Of a DNA stretch of 64,000 nucleotides, positions 47,190 through 64,000 are shown in pieces. Under the pieces are notes generated by a model. That model was not told the origin of the DNA and did no database searches. It saw nothing but the letters and a program-made list of their open reading frames with translations. The first letter of the stretch is position 1. Each line of letters opens with the position of its first letter. The stretch comes from Neocallimastix sp. 'constans' (Eukaryota). The translations under genes were made by a program, and so were the position numbers. The DNA is taken from NCBI GenBank assembly GCA_050613775.1, contig JBODTK010000113.1, positions 1-64,000 on the forward strand, in the 5' to 3' direction.

Positions 47190-47220
<31 letters not shown>

Positions 47221-47502
47221 AAGAAAAATATTAAAAGTGTAATCAATATGAATAATTATATAATTAATAATTTAATTAATTGTATTATATATTATAAAAC
47301 TTAAATTATACTAATTATTTATATTTACTATTGTAATATGAATCCATATTATTATTACAATTTTATCATATATCTATAAATTATAACTTTATTTAATAGT
47401 ATCATATAAATCTATATTTTATTAAAATATTATTAAATTTATACTATACTATACACGTTAAACTTTATTATTTTGTATCATAGATACACACACACACCCA
47501 CG

Positions 47503-47533
<31 letters not shown>

Positions 47534-48404
47534 TCTATATTTTTAGTAAATGTTTTTTTTTCTTATTTAGATATACAAATTCATTTTTCTAAAAGATAAA
47601 TCTATTTAATTAAGTTATCATATACTTTTTTAAATTATTAAAAACTAAAAATATTTTATATTAATATAATTTTTTTCTATTTCAATAATATAAAATAATA
47701 GATGGTTAATTATTATCATTAGGACTTTATAAAAAGTAACCTAAGAGTTTTAGAAACTTTATAAAATTTTCAAATATATAATTATGACTATTTTAAATTA
47801 AATATAATATAAAATAATCATAATTATATTTGAAGTAAAAAAAAATCCATTATTAATAAATAATTATTAACATTTAACTTAATAATTCAAATAAATAAAT
47901 ATATATGTAAAAATAATATAATAGTTATTATTATTAAATATAAATAGTGAAAATAAAAAATATCAAAATTCTTTAATAATTAAAATAATTATTATCAATT
48001 ATTAATTAAGATTGATATTATTATCATTAATAATATTTCGTTTTATTATAATTATTTCTTCTTATTATTGTATTCCTATTCTTATTATTCTTATTTATTA
48101 TTTCTTCTTCATATTATTATCACATTCTTCTTCTTCGTCATAATATTATTTTTTCTTCTTATTATTATTCCTTATTATTATTTTAATATTAGTGTTTGTC
48201 TGTGATATTATTTTTTTAATAATAATTATTAATTATTATAAATAGAAAATAATAAATAGGCTTATAAATATAAGAAATTTCATTTCCTTTAAATATATAT
48301 AAATATAAGATTTAAGATACATTTTTTAATTTATAATTTTAAATTTATTTTTATCATTTTTTATTTTCTGTAAAGATTAAAATAATTTTATTAATATTAA
48401 AAAT

Positions 48405-48444
<40 letters not shown>

Positions 48445-48479
48445 TTTAAATTCTTTTTAAATTATTAATTGTACAAATA

Positions 48480-51400
48480 ATGTCAAGACCATCATCAAGA
48501 GGAAGTGATTTTTCGAGTTCAAATTCGAACAGTTACTATGAAAAAAGTAAAGCGTATTAAAATGAATTAAACAATAGAATGAATTTTATAATATTAAATA
48601 TTTTTTTATTTCACCTTTTTGCATTTTATTTTTATACTTTTTATAATTTTAATTTAATTTAATTTAATATTTTTTTCCGAGCATAAATTAATTAAAATTT
48701 TATGAATTATAATGATAGAAAATGAATTGCAAAAATTACAAAGAGAATATAGATTAACCAAAAATGACCGAGATGCTTATACAGAGGAATCTCAAATTAA
48801 AATTAAAAAACAAAAGTAATAATAGAAAACAATTAAAAAAAAAATAAAATTTTTTTTATAAAAAAAAAAAAAAAGAGAAAAGAGATAATAATAAAAACAG
48901 AAATACTAAAAATAAAAAGAATGTTAATAATATAATGTTAAAAATATATATATTAAATAAAATATTATAAAATTTTATGTAGTGTAATGATAAATTATTT
49001 AAAAGATGATATTGAAAAACTTGAATATAAAAAGAAGTTACTTAAAAATAGATTAAATAATAAAAATAAAAATGAATCTGAAAAAGAAGTAAAAGCATTA
49101 ACTGATTATCAAGGTAAAAATAAAAATAAAAAATAAAATAAATTCAATAACAATTGTTATTTTAATAATATAATTTAAAGGTTACACACATTAATTTAAT
49201 ATTAATATATATAAATATATATTTATTTATTCTTATATATTTTGGTATGTCAGAACAACTTGTTGAGCAACAAAAAAAAATATATGAATATATTGAACAG
49301 ACAGATAAAAAAATTGAGGAAATGAATCAAAAAATTATGGATTTGAAGAAAGAGCAAGGAGGAATTAATAAATATGAAGAAAATAATGAACATTTAGATA
49401 AGACAATTAAAATTCTTCAAAATAAATTAGAACAAGTAATGATTAAAAAAAAAAATAATATATATATATATTAATATATAAGTATTAATTAAAATTTTTT
49501 CTAAATATAAAATAGTCACTTAAAAAATTTAATACTACATTAGTTGAAAATAGAAAAAATCGAGAAAAATTAGATTATTACAGGAAAGAAAGAAATGTAT
49601 TTTATAATATAGTTAATAAATTAATAAAAGATATAAAAGATAAAAAAAATCATATTAATAATATGATTGAAAACTCAACCTCAGCTTATCAAACAAGGTA
49701 ATTTTAAATACTAAATATATAATAAGATATAATAAGTAAAACATATAATAAGTAAAACACATACACTTTTTATTTATAAAATATAAAAATGTATTTATGA
49801 AGGGATGAAGCCAATTGTAAAATATCAATCTTAAAAGAAAAATCTGATAAGGAATACTATCAATATTCTCAAGAAATTAGTGAACTCTCAAGATTATTAG
49901 AACATGAACAAAAAACAAGAGATTTTATAAATACCAAAAATGCTGAAAGAAAAGTTGTAACTGCAAAAGGAAAATCCGGAAATAAAAAAGGTATAATAAT
50001 TAAAAAATACATATATATAAATAATAATAATAATAATATATATATATATATATTTTTTTTTTTAAAAAAAAAAAAGAAAATTAAAGATTTTTAATAAATA
50101 AATTATATATAAATAATGTATTCCATATAATAATATATTAATATTACTATTATATTCCATTTTATATAAAATTACTTTAAAAAGCTGATCAATATGATAC
50201 TTATAATGATATTGAGGTATATCAAAAAGCATTTGATCAAATATATGAGAGTACTAAAGTTAATGATATTAACGAATTAATAACAAATTTCAATGAAACA
50301 GAAGAAAAAAACTTTTCTTTATTTAATTATGTTACCGAAGTTGTTGGTGAAGTTGGTGATATAAATAAAGATATTAGAGATATTTCTCAAAATATTGAGG
50401 AATTAAAAATTCAAAATGTTGAAATTGAAAATAAAAAGAAAATAGTCATTTCAAAATTAGAAGTAAATTTTATTAAATAAAATTAATATGAAATTAAAAA
50501 ATTATAATTATTATATATTAATATATTTTTTATTATAATAAACTTTTAGGAAAAGTTAAATGATACTAAAGAAAAATCAATTCAATATGAAAATGATTAT
50601 GTAGATTGCAACAGAAATTTAAATGTATTAAAAGAAAAAGTGTTAGAAATGATTAAACTGATCCAAACTTTCAAACCTGTTAAAAAAATTTATATTCCTC
50701 CAGAACTTCCAAATAAGCATTTTAATAATGTCGATACAGAAAATCAAGAAAATGAAGAAAAAACCACAAAGCATGATGGAAACGAAAATGAAAATGAAAA
50801 AACTGACGAAACAACAGAAATAAAATCACGAAGTCAAGATGGAGTAGAAAATATGGAAAATGATACAAAGGTCAATAGAGAAGAAGAAAAAAAAGAAGAA
50901 AAAATTAAAAATGATATAGATACAGTAAAATTTGAATTACCAGTTAATTTAGAATTAAAGGATGAAATAAAGGATGTTAATTTAATGCAATGCTTAAACT
51001 ATATTGAAGATAATATTAATAGCCTTTTGATGATTAATTACACTATTAATCTTTCATCTATTATAAATAATAATCAACAATCTCAAAGAAACAATATGGT
51101 TGATAGTAATAATATTAGTAATAATATTGAAGCTGAAAATGCTATTAATAATGAAAATGGTATATTACCTAATAATCAAGAAATTAATAGTTTACTTGGT
51201 ATTGGTCCACAACCACCAATTGCAAGCAATGATATTAATGCTCCTATATTAAGGTAATTAAAAAAAATTAATCCAACACTTCTTGAAATGAAATTTATTA
51301 AAATTTATTACAACAACATATTATTAATTCTAAATTGCTTATATATATATTTATAAATAGTGATGACTTCGATATTATGCGTAAATCTAAGGTAAATAAG

Positions 51401-51630
51401 AATACATTAGTTGTTGATAAGAAAAATGAAAATTATAATGATTCTTATCCAATGTCAAGAGAAGAATTAATGAAAGCTAATATGAATTCTGTAAGTTTTA
51501 ATAAATATTATTATTATTAATGTTTTATTATTATTGTTATTATTATATAATAAATATCAAATTTTTTATTAAAATTATATATATATATAATATTATTAAA
51601 TATATTTTTTACTTATAGAATAAACAATAA
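48480..51630 (+). CDS. ODAD1: Outer dynein arm docking complex subunit (ODAD1/CCDC114/CCDC63, Chlamydomonas DC2-like), coiled-coil, multi-exon
   Basis: ELQKLQREYRLTKNDRDAYTEESQ, IKILQNKLEQSLKKFN..LVENRKNREKLDYYRKER, SAYQTRDEA and YQKAFDQI...INELITNFNETEEKNFSLFNYVTE resemble recalled DC2/CCDC114 motifs. Confidence 0.8.
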
Positions 51631-52259
51631 GAAACAAAAAAATGACAAGATTACAATCAAAAATTATTATACTCAATTATGTAAATTTAAATAATAATAG
51701 ATTTCATTATTAAAAACTTCTTTTCCTTAATATTAGTAACATTATATTCATTAACAATATTTTATAAATATTAAATTCAAACTACTTTTTTCATTTCTTT
51801 TTCTTTTTTCTTTTAAATGTATAATTGATTTCAATTAGTTTTTATGTATTATGTTTATTTTTTTAAAAAAAAAAAAAAATAAATGTTTTAATTCAAAAAA
51901 TTTTCTATATTATTATAAAATAAATAAATAATAATAATAAATTTTTATTAGATAAATTAAAAAAAAAAGAAAGAAAAAAAACAAAATTATTACTATTGTA
52001 TAGCAATAATAATGTAACAATTATTATATTATACTATATTATTATTAATTTTATTAATACTTTTTTTTTTTTTTTTTAATTTTTTAATTTATTTTTATTT
52101 CATATTTTTTTTTTTTTATTTTGAAATTATATATATTTGAGGTATAATTAAAATATAGAAAATATATTTTAATATTTCTATGTAATTTAAATTTAAAAAT
52201 AGTATTAATATTAAACAATAAATTAAAGTATTAAAATATGAACATATATAATTTATTAT

Positions 52260-56021
<3,762 letters not shown>

Positions 56022-56272
56022 TTCAATAATATTCTATCTTATTATTAAAATCAGTTTTAAAATTTTTTTGAAAAAAATTGAATAAAAATTTATGTTTATA
56101 TAAAAAAGTTTTTTTTATTATAATTATTATGAAAATCATATATTCTAAACTCTAAATTTTAATTATAAATAAAATTACACAATTAAACTTTAAATTAAAT
56201 AACATTATAAAAAAAAAAATGTTTATATTCCACATTTTGTGTTTTTAATAATTAAAATTTAGACTCTTGTAA

Positions 56273-56335
<63 letters not shown>

Positions 56336-56543
56336 TTTTTTTATAATTTTAAATTGTTAAAATAAAGATAAAATTTTACTATTTGATATAATATATTTTC
56401 ATATAGTTTTTTCTTTAAATGTAATATTAAACCAAACAATTTCTAGTAAAGTAAAAAAATATTAATATTTTAATATTTGATTTTTATTAATAATAATATA
56501 AATTTTAGAATATTAAATTTTTAATAATACTAATACTACTACT

Positions 56544-57031
<488 letters not shown>

Positions 57032-57467
57032 TTATAATGATAATAACAATAATTATATTAATTATAATTTAATGTAATTAATATTATAATTTTAAATTAT
57101 CATTTATTCATATATTAAACATGAAATGTTTAAAACTTCAATTTGTGTAACTTTATTCTATATAATATTTAACTTTCTATATATTTTTATTATTTTTATT
57201 TTACTTATTATAAGTAAAATAAAAATTAAAAATTTTTACTTTTACTTTCCCATTTATCCTTATTTTTAATTTTATAATATACTACATATACCCTTCTTAA
57301 TTTTACTTTTAAATTTTAATATCTATTTAAATTCAATTTTATATATATATATAATGATAAAGTATAATAAATAATATAAAATATTAGGTATTATTTAATT
57401 TATTTATTTTATTACTTTTTTTTATATTATTGAAATTATGTTCTTTAAAGAAAAATTTTTTTTTAAA

Positions 57468-57498
<31 letters not shown>

Positions 57499-57595
57499 GA
57501 TATAATAGATAATTTATGTAATAAATTTTTCTATAATTAAATTTGAATATGATATATTAACAAAGTTTTATATTTTTTATTACAATAAATTATTA

Positions 57596-60606
<3,011 letters not shown>

Positions 60607-61321
60607 TTTTATTTTATTTTATTTAAATTATAACAAATATAAACTACTTTTAATTATATAAATATGATTTAATTATTTAATTTTTTTTAAATTTAATTAA
60701 TTATTTATAATGTTTTATTTTATTTTATTATTTCTTTAATTATAGGATTATATTATTATTAAAAAAAAATTAAGGAATGTATTTTAATAGCAAATTAATG
60801 CATTTTCCCTTTCTTTTTTTTTTTTTTTTTATAATGTATTTTTATTTCGTTAATTTATATTAATATAATAAAATAAGTATTTTATTTGACATTTTCTTAT
60901 TATATTAATAACTTTATAAATAATTTTCAATATACAAAAATTATAAAAAAAGATTTCCTTTTTTTTTTTTTATTTTTGTTTTGTTAGTAATATTAACAAT
61001 TATAATAAGTTTAGTGATTTCAATAAATATAATTTATGATACATTTCAAACTTTAAATTTTATACTAGCTAATAGGAAAAAAAAGAATTGAAAAAAAAAT
61101 TAAAAATTAATATTAATCTTCGAAGTATATTAATGAAATATTAACTCTAAGTTGATTTTTCATTTTTTTTTTTTTTAAATAATTTAAAAATTTTAAAATT
61201 TTGAAACTTTAAAATTTCAATACATTAATGTATTAAATTAAATAACAATTAATACATTCTTATTACATTATTACATTATTTAAATATAATAAATAAATAG
61301 CTTATATAATTAAATAATTTT

Positions 61322-61842
61322 ATATTATTTATTATTTATTATTTATTATTTATTATTTATTATTTACTATTTATTATTTATTATTTATTATTTATTATTT
61401 TATTTATTATTTATTATTTATTATTTATTATTTATTATTTATTATTTATTATTTATTATTTATTATTTATTATTTATTATTTATTATTTATTATTTATTA
61501 TTTATTATTTATTATTTATTATTTATTATTTATTATTTATTATTTATTATTTATTATTTATTATTTATTATTTATTAATAAATACTCTTTTTATTATTTA
61601 TTATTCAATTATTTATTATTTATTATTTATTATTTAATTATTCATATTATTTATTATTTAATTATTTATTATTTATTATTTATTATTTAATTATTCATAT
61701 TATTTATTATTTAATTATTTATTATTTATTATTTATTATTTATTAATAAATACTCTTTTTATTATTTATTATTTATTATTTATTATTTATTATTTAATTA
61801 TTCATATTATTTAATTATTCATATTATTTAATTATTTATTTA
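61322..61842 (+). repeat. (TTATTTA)n heptamer array with TTAATAAATACTCTTTTT interruptions
   Basis: Direct reading; interruptions at ~61575 and ~61743. Confidence 0.9.
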
Positions 61843-62102
61843 CGTACTAAAAAAGTAATAAAAATAAAAATTTTTTAAAATAATTATTATAAAAAGAAAT
61901 ATGAAATGAATAATAAATTTTATTAATAAAATTATTGTTTTATCTATATTTTTCTATAATAAAAAAGTTTTGAATATACCTTAAGTATTTAATAATATTA
62001 AAATTACTATCAAGTTTTTCGAAAAAAAAAAAAAAAAAAAAAAACAGCTTTTTAATATTTTTAACATAAAGATAAAATAAATATATATATATATATATAA
62101 AA

Positions 62103-63789
<1,687 letters not shown>

Positions 63790-63819
63790 AAAAATAAGAA
63801 AGAAAGAAAGAAAGAAAGG

Positions 63820-63864
<45 letters not shown>

Positions 63865-63957
63865 ATTTAATTAAAATAAGTAATTTTATATGGATAAATA
63901 TAAGAAATATAGATATACATGGTAATAATAATAATAATAGAAAAGGATATCCTTTTA

Positions 63958-63988
<31 letters not shown>

Positions 63989-64000
63989 TTTATTTATTCA

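Noticed and set aside
63941..63956. Perfect palindrome AAAAGGATATCCTTTT containing a U12-like donor
   Set aside because: Lies downstream of the VTI1 stop, with no exon or acceptor context visible before the window end.

Overview
Very AT-rich, intron-rich eukaryotic DNA. The composition, long (AAT)n tracts and a flagellar outer-dynein-arm docking gene next to fungal-type housekeeping genes suggest a zoosporic fungus, most likely an anaerobic gut fungus (Neocallimastigomycota); this is inference. The first ~8 kb holds decayed, nested transposons: a Ty1/copia 5' remnant, a degenerate APE+RT LINE on the minus strand whose RT core is inverted between 6-bp inverted microhomologies, and a non-autonomous Mutator-like element with a perfect 9-bp TSD inside the LINE. 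Next come an intronless 675-aa orphan ORF and ten spliced genes: PP2A B56/RTS1, a 3xKH FUBP-like protein, PABPN1/Pab2, a protein with an 18-aa tandem repeat, ITFG2, a RasGEF with tandem RBD-like domains, ODAD1/CCDC114, TBC1D19, an unknown protein and VTI1. Two observations stand out. (1) The PABPN1 terminal intron is 2 kb long, carries ~900 nt of sense-strand oligo(A) tracts and a structured candidate poison exon, and separates a short terminal exon encoding the C-terminal PY motif: a candidate poly(A)-sensing autoregulatory switch. (2) The RasGEF REM domain is split by a U12-type AT-AC intron. Gene models were assembled by eye and family assignments come from recalled motifs, not database searches.
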